Source: a virus
Virus record (IMG/VR): IMGVR_UViG_3300021512_000004
Location: 10,741 to 74,740 of that record
DNA length: 64,000 nucleotides
Reading direction: 5' to 3' (one strand)
The notes below the pieces were generated by a model. That model was not told where the DNA came from. It ran no database searches and worked only from the letters and a program-made list of their open reading frames with translations. Made by a program: the position numbers and the translations under genes. Below, piece by piece: positions 1 to 10,301 of the stretch (position 1 is the stretch's first letter; every line of letters begins with the position of its first letter).

Positions 1-3000
1 GCTGACCTTGGAGATCTCGTCTAATATTCTCTAATACTTTTTCCTGCTCTTTCTTTTGCAGGGAGAGTCTTTTAGATATTAGGTCGTTGTCGTCAGTCTT
101 GGCAAGATCCTCCAGAGAACTTCTTTCCTTGCCTCTGAGCCCTCTATTTATCTCTTTTGTCAGCCTGCTGATCTCGGTCTTAGCCTTGGGATCAGACAGA
201 AGCCTTTCAGCATCCTTGATTGCTTGCTTATCGGCAAACGCAGAAGCCTGGAAGGATCTCCAAAGCTCCATGATCTTTACAATAGACTCTATGGCAGGAG
301 GGAGGGATAGCTTTCCGTCTACTACCTCCGCCTGCTCAACCTTCTTCCGCAAAGCTGGAATGTCTCCCCCAGCCTTCCTTACCTGGGCGACCTGACTAGA
401 TAAGCTCCCAGCCTCATTAGACTTTAAGACTTTGTTAAGGTCCTCCCCGCCTTGAGCAGATTCAAACTGACCTATGGCAGAAAGGGTCTCCTGTCTTTGG
501 GACTCTATTAGTTTCTCGGCCTGTTCCGAGGCTGTTGATACTATGTCCCCAAGGTATTTATTTACTTTGGCTATAGGGCTCTTAAGCAGAGCCTGCCCAA
601 TAACCTCAGCTCCCACAGCATCCCCGGACAGTTCGGATATCCTTTCAGCTTGAGCCTCTGCCCACACCTGTAATAAGCTATCAGGGTCAGTAAAGTCAGC
701 ATCCTTAACTGCGGCTAGAAGAGCTTGTTTTACTACTTGATCCCCAACTCCCTTTGTTCCAGCAAGGGTTAGAATCTTCTTGAAGGTTTCCTTCTGTAGA
801 TTCTGCTTTACTGCGTCCCTAACCGCTATCAACTCTGGGCTCAGGGCTTGGATAGATTCCTTAATAGAGGTTATGTAGGCTGCGATAGCCTTAATTCTTT
901 CATCTCTTGAAAGGGTGGAGGTGCCGTCTATAAGGTCAGAGATTTGTTGGGAGCTGGCCCCAACTTCTATTGTTTTGAGTGCTTGTAGGAGCTTGGGATT
1001 TTGAAACACCTGGCTAGCATCTGACAGATCTATCCCGCCTTCTATCGCCCGGTCTACCTCTTCAACTGCTTTCTCGCTCATCAGCTGAAGTTCGACAATT
1101 ACCCCAGAGATAGCTCCGTCCATCCCGGAAGTAAGGTTCGACAACCTGCTTAAGGATTGATCCAGATCAGCTAAAGTCTTTCCAGACAGGGCTGTAGAGG
1201 CCCCTGTTATCTTAGGAAGTAAAACTTTACCTCTCACTTCAAGACTGGCTGAGGAGTACTCTTCCACCGCTGCTAGGATTGTCTTTTGAGCTTCTTGTGA
1301 CAGGGAGTCGAAGTCGGTTATGACCGCCCTTATCCCGGCAGAGAAGTCCCTCTGAGCTTCCTGAATCTTCAGGACTCCGGAAGCGGCATTCCCTTTACCT
1401 TTGGAAGAGTCTAGATCAAACTCATCAACCCCTCTCAGCACTTCCTGGAGGTTGCCTTCCGCATCTTCCAACTGCCCTCTGGCCGCATCTACCTTATCAG
1501 CAGATACCTGCATAGCTGTTCTATTGGCCTGGAATAGGCTTGCAGCCAATTGAACAACAGAGAAGATGCCTAATACTATGCCTAGCGGCCCGAGTCCGGC
1601 CAAGAACCTTGGAAGAGCCCTGGCAAACAATTTGACGGCCTGTGCGCCTTTACCTTGAGCTGCTCTTTTCGCCCCGCCTTTCATCAAACTAGAAGCGGAA
1701 GACAGTTTAGGCTTCGCCTTCCCCCCTGTAGCAGATCCCGCCAACCCTAACAATCCTAAAGCCGTTACGAATTCGGAACTACCTACACCTTCCTCCTGAA
1801 AAGCTAGACTCCCCGCACTCCCTGCAACTGCTCCAGAAACTATCCCTACTACCTTCCCAATAACTCCTTTACTCAGGAATCCTCCAGCCACCGCTCCGAC
1901 TGCACCAGGAGCAAACGTCCCCGCGAACCCTTCTTCCCCTGCGAGTTTTAAGGATTTATCTAACTCCACCAATCCGGAGATGGCCTCAGTAAGGACATCC
2001 ACGAACCCTTCTAAAGAGCGAACCCCTCCTCCAAATACCTCATCTCCAAAAGCGGTGAAAGCGGCTCCTAAGTTAGATAAGCTGTTGGCCAGAGACTTCA
2101 TTTGAATCTCAGAACCTTCCGCAGCAGCCTGACCGAAAGTTATCCGCTGCTCAGCCTCGCTTAGATTGTCAAGATTCTTGATCAGGGCGGTGATGGCATT
2201 GGTAGCCCTAACATTAAATGACCTTCCGAACAGTGCCTGGGCATCGTCGGCAAAGCCAATTCTTTTCAGCTCCTGTAACACAGACAACAGAGGGTTCTCT
2301 GCGTGTCGGAACTGAGCAAACATGCTTTTGATAGTGGCTTTGGACAGATTTTCGCCAAGCTGTTTGTACCGAGTTTCCAGAGCCCCAATCGCTTTATTGC
2401 TGGGAGTGAATAGCTCGGTGATTGCCTGACGTAAGCCGGTAGCAACAGTAGAAGGTTTGATGCCTGCGTTTCTCAGCGTAGTAGCGGCTGCCAAGTATTG
2501 CTCTGAAGTAAGGTTATAGGAGTCAGCAATCTGAGAGCTTAAGGACAAGATCGTTTTCAGATCCCCTGCAGTAAGCTTGGAGATGTTGATGGCCTTGGTC
2601 AGTTGGTTTGCAAGGTCAATCTCATCCATGTCTTTAAAGACATTTCTCATGGTGGTCAGGAGGTCAGCTGCAAGCTCTAACCCGCTATCAGTAGCGGCTG
2701 CAAACTGAGCAACAGACTCCAACACCTTTGGAATATTGTCAGCTTCCACCCCGGCCTGGGCCAGTACCCTAGCAGTTCTTGCAATTTCATCCGTAGTAAA
2801 CTTGGTGGTAATAGCGACCCTTTTAATGGACGCTTCGATACCTACCATGCCCTTATCCGTAACCCCGGCTACAGCTTGCAGGGAGTACAGTTCCTTATCT
2901 AAAGATACCAGACCTCTGGCCAGTGCGTTGACGGCCCCTAGAACCTGATACAATGCTCCATACCCAAGAGCAAACCTAAAGAACTGCCTAATAAGCAGAG

Positions 3001-4522
3001 ACCCTTGACCTAGGTGGGTGTTTAGCTCTTTGTGGGCTCCAGCAACATCCTTAACCCCTTTGGCCTGGGTCTTCGCCCCCTCAGCTGCCTTCTTAGTCGC
3101 AGTCGCCCTTTGAGCCTGAAGCTGTTTCACTTTCCTTTCTGACTCGGCTAAGGATTTGAGACGCGCATCTAGAGCCGTGACGGCTATTTGATATTTTCCT
3201 GACTCGTGAGTAAGCCGCTTTACGACCTTAATGTTGTCCCCTGCAGCGAGAGACCTGGCCTTCAAATCTGCAATATTGTCCTTAGCAAACTGCTTGAGTC
3301 TTTTAGCCGCTGCAGGATCCTGGACTCTACCTGCCTGTCCCTGCTTACCAAGATCCGCTACACTGCTCACTCCTAAGTTTTTCAGAAGGTTTGAAGGGGA
3401 TTGTGGATCACTGGCCGACCCCCGAGCAAAGGAGAGTCTGGACTCCCTCCTAACTCTAAGCTTTGCCTCTACTAAGGATTTCCTTTCTACAGCTGCTCTC
3501 TGCTTCTTTAGGGCTACTTCTTTCTTAAGCTGTGCGGCAGCTTTAGTTTCCTGCTTCTGCAGAACTCTTCTTACTGCAGCAACCTTCTCCAACTGTCTAT
3601 TATTCTTGAGGATCTGCTCAGAATAGTCGTGAGTCTCCTTCCCAAGCCTAGTATTTTCCTTGAGTAGTGCAGACTGTTCAGCATCTAAAGCTGACTTCGC
3701 CTTACTAACTAAATTGGGTGGCAGTGTTCCTGATCTTGCAGAAGAGGCAAGGGCTCCGACATCCCCTGAGCCAAAGACAGTTTGCCTTTGAGAGGCTCTG
3801 CCTTGAGAGGACTTTAAGTATGCTGCGTCCCTAGTCGCTCTGGAGGAAATCCCCTTGCGAGCCTCAATATTTTGATCTTGAGTTCTTCGGATCTTTGAAG
3901 TTATGCTGGACAGTTCAGAGGTGTCTTTAGAGAACTGCTTGTTAAACCCTATCAGCCCTGCCTTAAGATCCTCAAGCCCTGGGACGTTCCTAAGTCCGTG
4001 GATAGCCTCGGAGATCGCACTTTTCGTTGCCTCTTGAGCAGTAACCTGCCGGGTAACCCCGCTCCTTTGGAGAGGTCCCATACCTTCTAGGCGTTTTCTG
4101 GAGATCCTCTGATCCCCAATTCCAACCAGGCTCTGAGCCCTGCGAGCGTGAGCCCCACCAAGGCCCTTATTGGCTCTGACAACTTCATTGGTTCTACGGG
4201 CAACTGCTTTCAGCGCCTCTGCTTGTTGATACAGGGCGTCCGTTCTGGACTTAACCTTAGAGGTAAACGACTCTAGTTGGGACTTTGAAAGCCCTTCTGT
4301 AGACTTCTTCCCAACCTCTTCTATTGCAGCTATTCCGGCTTGAGCCTGCTTCTGGAATCCTTTTATAGCCGAGTCTAACGACTTAATAGACTTTCGTTTG
4401 TCTGCAGGAGACTGGAAGTCTCCTCTGGCTATTTTTTCGAGTTGCTTAACGGCATCAGAGGTGTCAAAGACCACCTTAGCTGGAAGGGTTAGGACATCTC
4501 CTGAGCTGCTCTTGGTGGCCAT
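1..4522 (-). CDS. Tail tape measure protein, TP901-family core (3' end beyond window edge)
   Basis: Missing from the ORF track, presumably because no stop falls in the window. ATG at 4522 (MATKSSSGDVLTLPAKVVFD...). Manual translation of about 2100-3000 gives LYSLQAVAGVTDKGM...TTKFTTDEIARTARVLAQAGV...LANQLTKAINISKLT...LRNAGIKPSTVATGLRQAI, typical of the TP901 TMP domain. Long, Ala/Leu/Lys-rich, and follows the tail tube and chaperone genes. Confidence 0.9.
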   Translation of the reverse strand, partial: MATKSSSGDVLTLPAKVVFDTSDAVKQLEKIARGDFQSPADKRKSIKSLDSAIKGFQKQAQAGIAAIEEVGKKSTEGLSKSQLESFTSKVKSRTDALYQQAEALKAVARRTNEVVRANKGLGGAHARRAQSLVGIGDQRISRKRLEGMGPLQRSGVTRQVTAQEATKSAISEAIHGLRNVPGLEDLKAGLIGFNKQFSKDTSELSSITSKIRRTQDQNIEARKGISSRATRDAAYLKSSQGRASQRQTVFGSGDVGALASSARSGTLPPNLVSKAKSALDAEQSALLKENTRLGKETHDYSEQILKNNRQLEKVAAVRRVLQKQETKAAAQLKKEVALKKQRAAVERKSLVEAKLRVRRESRLSFARGSASDPQSPSNLLKNLGVSSVADLGKQGQAGRVQDPAAAKRLKQFAKDNIADLKARSLAAGDNIKVVKRLTHESGKYQIAVTALDARLKSLAESERKVKQLQAQRATATKKAAEGAKTQAKGVKDVAGAHKELNTHLGQGSLLIRQFFRFALGYGALYQVLGAVNALARGLVSLDKELYSLQAVAGVTDKGMVGIEASIKRVAITTKFTTDEIARTARVLAQAGVEADNIPKVLESVAQFAAATDSGLELAADLLTTMRNVFKDMDEIDLANQLTKAINISKLTAGDLKTILSLSSQIADSYNLTSEQYLAAATTLRNAGIKPSTVATGLRQAITELFTPSNKAIGALETRYKQLGENLSKATIKSMFAQFRHAENPLLSVLQELKRIGFADDAQALFGRSFNVRATNAITALIKNLDNLSEAEQRITFGQAAAEGSEIQMKSLANSLSNLGAAFTAFGDEVFGGGVRSLEGFVDVLTEAISGLVELDKSLKLAGEEGFAGTFAPGAVGAVAGGFLSKGVIGKVVGIVSGAVAGSAGSLAFQEEGVGSSEFVTALGLLGLAGSATGGKAKPKLSSASSLMKGGAKRAAQGKGAQAVKLFARALPRFLAGLGPLGIVLGIFSVVQLAASLFQANRTAMQVSADKVDAARGQLEDAEGNLQEVLRGVDEFDLDSSKGKGNAASGVLKIQEAQRDFSAGIRAVITDFDSLSQEAQKTILAAVEEYSSASLEVRGKVLLPKITGASTALSGKTLADLDQSLSRLSNLTSGMDGAISGVIVELQLMSEKAVEEVDRAIEGGIDLSDASQVFQNPKLLQALKTIEVGASSQQISDLIDGTSTLSRDERIKAIAAYITSIKESIQALSPELIAVRDAVKQNLQKETFKKILTLAGTKGVGDQVVKQALLAAVKDADFTDPDSLLQVWAEAQAERISELSGDAVGAEVIGQALLKSPIAKVNKYLGDIVSTASEQAEKLIESQRQETLSAIGQFESAQGGEDLNKVLKSNEAGSLSSQVAQVRKAGGDIPALRKKVEQAEVVDGKLSLPPAIESIVKIMELWRSFQASAFADKQAIKDAERLLSDPKAKTEISRLTKEINRGLRGKERSSLEDLAKTDDNDLISKRLSLQKKEQEKVLENIRRDLQGQ

Positions 4523-4575
4523 ATTTATCCTGAAAGTTATTTATCTAGGGTGGTGGAATGATACCGCACAGCCCC

Positions 4576-5169
4576 CTAAAAACCTACAGATTTAGCCGCA
4601 GCTGCCATTTTGGAGAAAGACGCAGCATCCGTGACTTCATGGGTATTAGCATCGGTGGCAGGGGGGAGGTTTGACTTACTGTCTGAATAGCCTCCGCCGA
4701 AACCAAACAAACAGGCTTCGTATCTTTGGGTTAGAGTCTGCCACAAGAATCTATATTTTAAGGAGATGGATAGGTCTACAGCTTGGACAGGGGTGTTGCA
4801 GTAGTGGTGGGAAGCTTTGTCAAAATCGTACTCATAAACATAAAGCAAAGACTCCTGCAGGGTGAGTCCTTTTGTGAACTCTGCTAATTGAGTTCCAAGC
4901 CCCGGCTTTGGGTCAGGTTTCTTCTGCTTATTAACTTCCTCAGAAAGCTTTTTCTTCTCTTTAGAAACTTCATTAAGGGCCGCAGAGACGGATTGTAGAA
5001 ACTCCTCAGAGTATGGTGGAGGGTGTCCGCAAGCTTTCAGTACTGGAAGTAGCGCCTCCTTGAGAGAACATCCTGGACTCTCTTCCACACTCCGCTCCAA
5101 CAACTCCATAAACAGGTAGGTTATCGGGAACTCTTCCTTGTGGGAGTAGTGATAGAATAAAGTACTCAT
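4576..5169 (-). CDS. Putative tail assembly chaperone
   Basis: Position between tail tube and tape measure; synteny only. Confidence 0.55.
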   Translation of the reverse strand: MSTLFYHYSHKEEFPITYLFMELLERSVEESPGCSLKEALLPVLKACGHPPPYSEEFLQSVSAALNEVSKEKKKLSEEVNKQKKPDPKPGLGTQLAEFTKGLTLQESLLYVYEYDFDKASHHYCNTPVQAVDLSISLKYRFLWQTLTQRYEACLFGFGGGYSDSKSNLPPATDANTHEVTDAASFSKMAAAAKSVGF

Positions 5170-5175
5170 TACTGT

Positions 5176-5218
5176 AATTGGTCGGGAGCGGAGTGAAAGA
5201 TCCCGCTCCCGACCAATT
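5176..5218. terminator. 16-bp perfect stem-loop after the tail tube gene (attenuator/terminator)
   Basis: AATTGGTCGGGAGCGG ... CCGCTCCCGACCAATT fills the intergenic gap. Confidence 0.55.
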
Positions 5219-5220
5219 CC

Positions 5221-6039
5221 TTAAGCGTCAGCGCCGTTAGCGTACATGCCAATCGGGTGGGACGGGATAACAGATGCCAAGTGAACCAAAGCTCCGCCAG
5301 CCCCGTAATCTGCAGCAGAAGGCTCCAGGAGGCTGAGAGTTAGCTCCGTAGAGGCAAAGTCCTCAGCGTTATTGGCAACTTCAAGGCCAGAACTTACAGA
5401 CGCCTTCCAGAAGTGCCACACGGTTGGGCGGCCTGTTGAGTTCTCCTTCTGAATGACGGTAATCGCCATATAGTTGGTTTGTGAAACATCCCCAACAGGG
5501 AGCTGGTGGGATATGAAGTAAGGTGAGCCGTCTGCCAGGCCATAAGTGACAGGAGTTCCTGCATTCAAGGTCAGGGCGTCTACTGAGATACTGTCAATCA
5601 GACACACTGTCATCTTCTCAGGCTCGCCAGCAGGCCATGTGGTGATATAATCCCCGGCAGTGATAGACGCACCTTCGCCGGTAGCAACATTGATAAGAAC
5701 TGCGGCAGCTGCAACAATTCCATCCACTGTACCTGAGAAGTCTGTTGGAGCAGTTCCACTAGAACCCTCCCCAGACAACATGCGAATGTTACGTCTTGAA
5801 TACTCCCGCATAGTTGCGGTCAGTTCCGCAGTTTGCCGAATGATAGCTGAGTCAACCAATTTTCGAGGAAAGCCGCCTTCCAGTGTGGCAGACTCCTGAG
5901 CTATGTTGACGGTAACTTGATCCAAAAGGCCAGCTGAGTGATCAGCTTGGGTCAGACTCATTGCTAAAGTCTGGGGGCCGAAGCGCATCTCTGCAGTGCC
6001 GATGGGAAATTTGTTGGTAATCGCTGAACCTAAAGCCAT
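5221..6039 (-). CDS. Major tail (tube) protein
   Basis: 272 aa, beta-rich and Gly/Ala/Thr-rich; lies upstream of the chaperone and TMP and is followed by a hairpin. Confidence 0.7.
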   Translation of the reverse strand: MALGSAITNKFPIGTAEMRFGPQTLAMSLTQADHSAGLLDQVTVNIAQESATLEGGFPRKLVDSAIIRQTAELTATMREYSRRNIRMLSGEGSSGTAPTDFSGTVDGIVAAAAVLINVATGEGASITAGDYITTWPAGEPEKMTVCLIDSISVDALTLNAGTPVTYGLADGSPYFISHQLPVGDVSQTNYMAITVIQKENSTGRPTVWHFWKASVSSGLEVANNAEDFASTELTLSLLEPSAADYGAGGALVHLASVIPSHPIGMYANGADA

Positions 6040-6053
6040 GATAAATACTCCAT

Positions 6054-6788
6054 CTACTTATTTTTAAAAATTTCGGCAACGAGATTTGTGCCAAGTTTTG
6101 CTGAGAGTGCAGCTATAAACGGACGAGAGCCTTTTTTAGCGTACTGCTCAACCCATAAAACCCTCATAATAGAGGGAGTTTTGCTCTCTCCGAAAGGAGC
6201 AGTTCCCTGCCCCTTAATAGGAGTACCTCTGAAGAAAGATTTTACAATTAAGTTATCGAAAGGGCGAGGTAATTTATTTGCCGTCGATATATTTATATCA
6301 TACTTGAAGGACCCTTTCCGAGTAACCCCTTTGAATTCGTGAGTGACGACGACGCTTGCCTTGTCTAAGGATACTACAGGCTTTACCACGTTCCACAGCT
6401 TTCCAGAATCCCTCCAGAACGATGTTGGAGTACTAGAAGTAATCTTTTTCCTTGTAAGGGTGGAGGCGGCTAAAGCAGGCCACACAGGAGATAGTGGTAG
6501 ATCCCCTTTGGTTGCTGAGATGCTCAGCATGTCTAAATTGGAGGCAGCCCCTGGAACCCCTCTTAGAGTTTTCCTAACCCCTCTAAATAAGGCAACATAG
6601 TAATCGTCCGCCAATTTACGGATAGTCTTCTTCCTATGGCCAAGGATGGAGGCAGCACTTCTTCTGGATGCAGCAGACTCATAAATCCTTAGAGCTATGA
6701 AGTTCTCCACTCCTTTTTTTGCCTTGAGCTTTCCATACCTTACTCGGCTAGTCAAATGAACCTCTGCACTCTGGAGGTTATAGACCAA
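6054..6788 (-). CDS. Tail completion/neck protein (basic)
   Basis: Basic protein in the head-tail joining block; true start may be about 6738. Confidence 0.45.
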   Translation of the reverse strand: MVYNLQSAEVHLTSRVRYGKLKAKKGVENFIALRIYESAASRRSAASILGHRKKTIRKLADDYYVALFRGVRKTLRGVPGAASNLDMLSISATKGDLPLSPVWPALAASTLTRKKITSSTPTSFWRDSGKLWNVVKPVVSLDKASVVVTHEFKGVTRKGSFKYDINISTANKLPRPFDNLIVKSFFRGTPIKGQGTAPFGESKTPSIMRVLWVEQYAKKGSRPFIAALSAKLGTNLVAEIFKNK

Positions 6789-7246
6789 AACCTTATCCCG
6801 GCAACGTGGTCAAATACCTGAGGATCCAAGGAGATCCCAGTAACGTATAGACTACCTCTACCTTCTATGGCCGAATGCCCTCTGTAGTCCCCTAAAGGGA
6901 TAGTTTTCCCCTTCTCAAAGAGATTATGGATCTCTGCAGACAGGTCTGATAGTTTGTAATTTCCAACATCTGATACCGTTCTAGCTCCGGCAAGAAATGT
7001 GGCTGTGTATAGTGGATCGTGAGGAGAAGGTTGCACTGACTCAAAGGACCACACAATGACTGGGTTCTTAGCCTTCAGGATGGAGTCTACCTGCGTCACA
7101 TCGTCCATCTCAACTCCCTTGATACGTCTCCAGTCGCCTCCTCTAGCCCTCAAGGTATCGACCAAATCCAACATCACTTTATCAAGGGTGGACTTAACCA
7201 GTATCGCTACTTCACTCACTGCCAACCGCCTTGCCTTTGGCTCCAA
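6752..7246 (-). CDS. Putative tail terminator / head-tail joining protein
   Basis: Size and synteny. Confidence 0.45.
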   Translation of the reverse strand: MEPKARRLAVSEVAILVKSTLDKVMLDLVDTLRARGGDWRRIKGVEMDDVTQVDSILKAKNPVIVWSFESVQPSPHDPLYTATFLAGARTVSDVGNYKLSDLSAEIHNLFEKGKTIPLGDYRGHSAIEGRGSLYVTGISLDPQVFDHVAGIRFWSITSRVQRFI

Positions 7247-7814
7247 TCAGATCAAGGGTGTCGTAAACTTCATCCACGTTATACCTAAAACCATTTTCGA
7301 GAACTATGTAACAGTCTGAGTCTACTGGCGCTTCCTTAGGGAACGTGATATTTACCCTAGAGTACTCAACCTCTTCAAACTTTCTGGCAGAAGTAGCGGA
7401 GTACCTTTCTATATCTACCCAAAACTTCCCTAAGACTTCAACCCCAGACGATTGCCTAGCCCCTGAGGACCTTTCCAAATAAGACTGCTTACACAATTTC
7501 ACCTTATGGGGGGCGGCCCTAACAAGGTAAAACCTGCCATAGGAATCCCCTGCCCAGGCGTCCTGATTGCTGCTTTCCAGAAGGAATACGGTATCAACCG
7601 ACTCCAACTTATACGCTGGGTACCCTTCCGGCAATGTGTCGTCCCCGGAGAGGTGCAGTATTCTTTTCTTTTGGCCAAAAGTTCTTTCGGTTATGAACCT
7701 ATCAAAAGTAGACAGTCTGGCTTTAACACCAACACTAACCCACTTCTCTCTGTCGGAGTTCCATCCGTATACTTGTAGATCACAAAACTTGCCGATGGCT
7801 CTCCCTAAATTCAT
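7212..7814 (-). CDS. Putative head closure protein
   Basis: Synteny; translationally coupled to its neighbours. Confidence 0.45.
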   Translation of the reverse strand: MNLGRAIGKFCDLQVYGWNSDREKWVSVGVKARLSTFDRFITERTFGQKKRILHLSGDDTLPEGYPAYKLESVDTVFLLESSNQDAWAGDSYGRFYLVRAAPHKVKLCKQSYLERSSGARQSSGVEVLGKFWVDIERYSATSARKFEEVEYSRVNITFPKEAPVDSDCYIVLENGFRYNVDEVYDTLDLIGAKGKAVGSE

Positions 7815-8293
7815 TACTGTCCCGTAACCGCGTCTATGTCTGGAGAGGACACTCCCAACGGGGAGATCACTTCAGACGACCCGCTCCCTCCAAGGATAGC
7901 TGCGCTTAAGAGGTTCTTATACTTAGCCGCCCTGGAGGAAGCGAAGGAGACTATTTTATCTGGGTCATAGTTGGAGAACCTTTCAATCTTCGCCTTTCCG
8001 TCTGAAGTAGACTTTGGGAAAAGAAGAGGTCTAGCCGCTATCTCCTTGGCACAGAACCACCTTGAGTACAGGAGGAGGTGGGACCTGTTAGCCTTTTGGT
8101 CAGATGTGGCCAAGGCCGCCTTCCCTTCGGAGTCAACGGTAGAGTGGGTAGGAAGCCACGAATCAAGGTCAGATATCAGCTCCAGATCCATCCCCGAATC
8201 CACTATGATTCTGTCTGGGCAGTCTGATTCGTCAATCCCTAAACAAGCCCTGATAGAGGCTGTTCCGGTGTAACCTACGACCGAATTTTGCAC
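7814..8293 (-). CDS. Putative head-tail adaptor
   Basis: N-terminal YT...IRACLGID pattern typical of adaptor proteins; synteny. Confidence 0.5.
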   Translation of the reverse strand: MQNSVVGYTGTASIRACLGIDESDCPDRIIVDSGMDLELISDLDSWLPTHSTVDSEGKAALATSDQKANRSHLLLYSRWFCAKEIAARPLLFPKSTSDGKAKIERFSNYDPDKIVSFASSRAAKYKNLLSAAILGGSGSSEVISPLGVSSPDIDAVTGQ

Positions 8294-8295
8294 AA

Positions 8296-8526
8296 CTAGC
8301 CCCTAATTACCAAGAGTCCTGCGGATAGTTGAACATCTAGCCAGGAGCCTTCCTTGCACTTACTGATATCAAGTAAGGTAGGAACCTTGCTGAAAGAGAT
8401 GCCACGAGCAGAGTCAAATAAACTCCCATTGACCTTATCGGAGGTAGTGATGACACTCTCCCCTCTAGGGTATTTAGTCTTCTTGCTGCCGGGGGAGGCT
8501 ACCTTGTTTTGTGTCTGTAAAGCCAT
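8296..8526 (-). CDS. Hypothetical virion morphogenesis protein
   Basis: RBS (GAGG) and ATG downstream of the capsid terminator. Confidence 0.5.
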   Translation of the reverse strand: MALQTQNKVASPGSKKTKYPRGESVITTSDKVNGSLFDSARGISFSKVPTLLDISKCKEGSWLDVQLSAGLLVIRG

Positions 8527-8545
8527 AATACATACCTCTCAAATT

Positions 8546-8585
8546 AAGAAAAACATGAGGAAGGGGTTAAGGGAACCCCTTCCTC
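8546..8585 (-). terminator. Rho-independent terminator after major capsid gene
   Basis: GAGGAAGGGGTT-loop-AACCCCTTCCTC stem followed by a U-rich run on the minus strand. Confidence 0.7.
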
Positions 8586-8592
8586 GAAGGAC

Positions 8593-9792
8593 CTACACGG
8601 TCAGGGTCATAACGTCAAAAGCGTCAGTGTACAGCTTATGAGACAGCTCGCCATAATCCACACGGAAGCCAGTAGCTCGACGCAGAAGGAAGTTCTCTAT
8701 CGCGCTGTAGTTAGCCGATATGTTGACTACCTTGCGAATAGCGAACCGACTATCAAGCCCGACAATCGTATTGGCGGGAATTACTCCGTCCTCTACAATC
8801 AACACTCGAGGAGCTTGGATAGACAGGTTATCCACTGTCATATCAATCGGGAACTCGCCGCCAGGAACAAACACAGTATCTCGACGTGGCTTGCCAGTAC
8901 GAGCTTCAACAGCCAGAGCGGTATCAAGCGTCATAATAGTACGGTTGATATTTCTCTTCCGGTAATTAAGTCTCAGGTACTTAAGCCAAGCTTCGTGAGT
9001 AATAACCCCGGCAGCAACAATGCTGGAATCAAGAGTATCTGCCTGGAAAGTCGCAAGAGCTACTTCACCACGATCCACGTCACCAGCAACGATTCCAGAG
9101 ATGTGCTCCTCAACCATACGAACACGCTCACCGCGAGCTTGAGCAGTCATAGCCAAAGACACAAGATCCAAGGTAGACGTGCTTTGAGCTTGATCAGAGA
9201 TCATCAGGCCGATAGATTTGGTAGTGATGGTCTTACTAACTTCGCTGACAGTGATGCTCACCATCGCGTCTGGCTCTGCCAATTGCGAGATAGGGTTGCT
9301 GGAGTTAGACTCTGGAGCCGTAACATTGATGATCGGTTGCTCAAACTTCGGACCAGAAATCGTAGCCGTCTGGGCAATCATGCTTTCCCAACCAGAGAGG
9401 AAGTCATCGTGAGAGTTGCGAAGTTCACTTTCGATAGTTCGCATGATGATTTCAGGGAACAGCAATCGACCTGACGCAGTGTTATTACCGCTGCCGTCAT
9501 TTCGAGTGATTGCTCCAACCTGGATGCCGTCCTGGGCAACTGCCTTCATAGTAGGAGGCTTAATTCCTGTGGCAACGTCTTCACCAAGATACATCCCTGC
9601 ACTGGCCATAAACTGACCAATAACAGTTCCGTACTTGCCTTCGTCAGTTTTGTTACCGTGCTGCTGAGTAAGGTACTGAGTCAGAGATAAGCCGTTATCC
9701 GCTGCAACCTGATACTCTTTAATATTGAAGGCCACCTCTTGCGCGTTTCCTTCGGAGTCTCGCAGCTTAAATACACTTTCGTTCTCGTTCAT
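8593..9792 (-). CDS. Major capsid protein (HK97-like)
   Basis: 399 aa; order portal-protease-decoration-capsid; followed by a terminator. Confidence 0.8.
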   Translation of the reverse strand: MNENESVFKLRDSEGNAQEVAFNIKEYQVAADNGLSLTQYLTQQHGNKTDEGKYGTVIGQFMASAGMYLGEDVATGIKPPTMKAVAQDGIQVGAITRNDGSGNNTASGRLLFPEIIMRTIESELRNSHDDFLSGWESMIAQTATISGPKFEQPIINVTAPESNSSNPISQLAEPDAMVSITVSEVSKTITTKSIGLMISDQAQSTSTLDLVSLAMTAQARGERVRMVEEHISGIVAGDVDRGEVALATFQADTLDSSIVAAGVITHEAWLKYLRLNYRKRNINRTIMTLDTALAVEARTGKPRRDTVFVPGGEFPIDMTVDNLSIQAPRVLIVEDGVIPANTIVGLDSRFAIRKVVNISANYSAIENFLLRRATGFRVDYGELSHKLYTDAFDVMTLTV

Positions 9793-9834
9793 AATAATGT
9801 CTGCCTTTTTAAAATTTAAGGGTAAGCTGCTAAG

Positions 9835-10281
9835 TTACACGCGCTCAATAATGATCGTATCGCCAGAAGCTCCAGTCCCTGTAACAATGCGAACAATTCT
9901 CCAACGGAAGATTGTTGGAGAGCCTTCTTTAACCTTGGCTGCTCCTGCAGTACCTACTGCGGCCTGAGTGTCACCAACTGCATAGTTTCCTACAGTGACA
10001 TTACCTACTTGAGCCGCTCCAACTTCCACCTCGACTCGACCATCCCGTTGGACTCCCCCAAAAGAAAATCCGGCATTGACTGTGTTGGGTTCTACAGAGG
10101 TCACAAACCCTTCGAGTTCATTGCCTCCTACCGCCAAAACATAGTTCTGGGCAGTTCCCATCTTAACAGCTTTACCTACATCTCCAGTAATCCAGCCTTC
10201 GCCTGCGGCAGCGCCTAACGCAGCATCAGTGATGTCAGCAAAAGGGGAGTTAACTTTTACACCAAAATTGAAAGTACTCAT
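9835..10281 (-). CDS. Capsid decoration/cement protein
   Basis: 148 aa, Gly/Val/Ala-rich (DVGKAVK motif), between protease and capsid. Confidence 0.65.
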   Translation of the reverse strand: MSTFNFGVKVNSPFADITDAALGAAAGEGWITGDVGKAVKMGTAQNYVLAVGGNELEGFVTSVEPNTVNAGFSFGGVQRDGRVEVEVGAAQVGNVTVGNYAVGDTQAAVGTAGAAKVKEGSPTIFRWRIVRIVTGTGASGDTIIIERV

Positions 10282-10301
10282 CTCTATTTCCTTTATTTAA
10301 T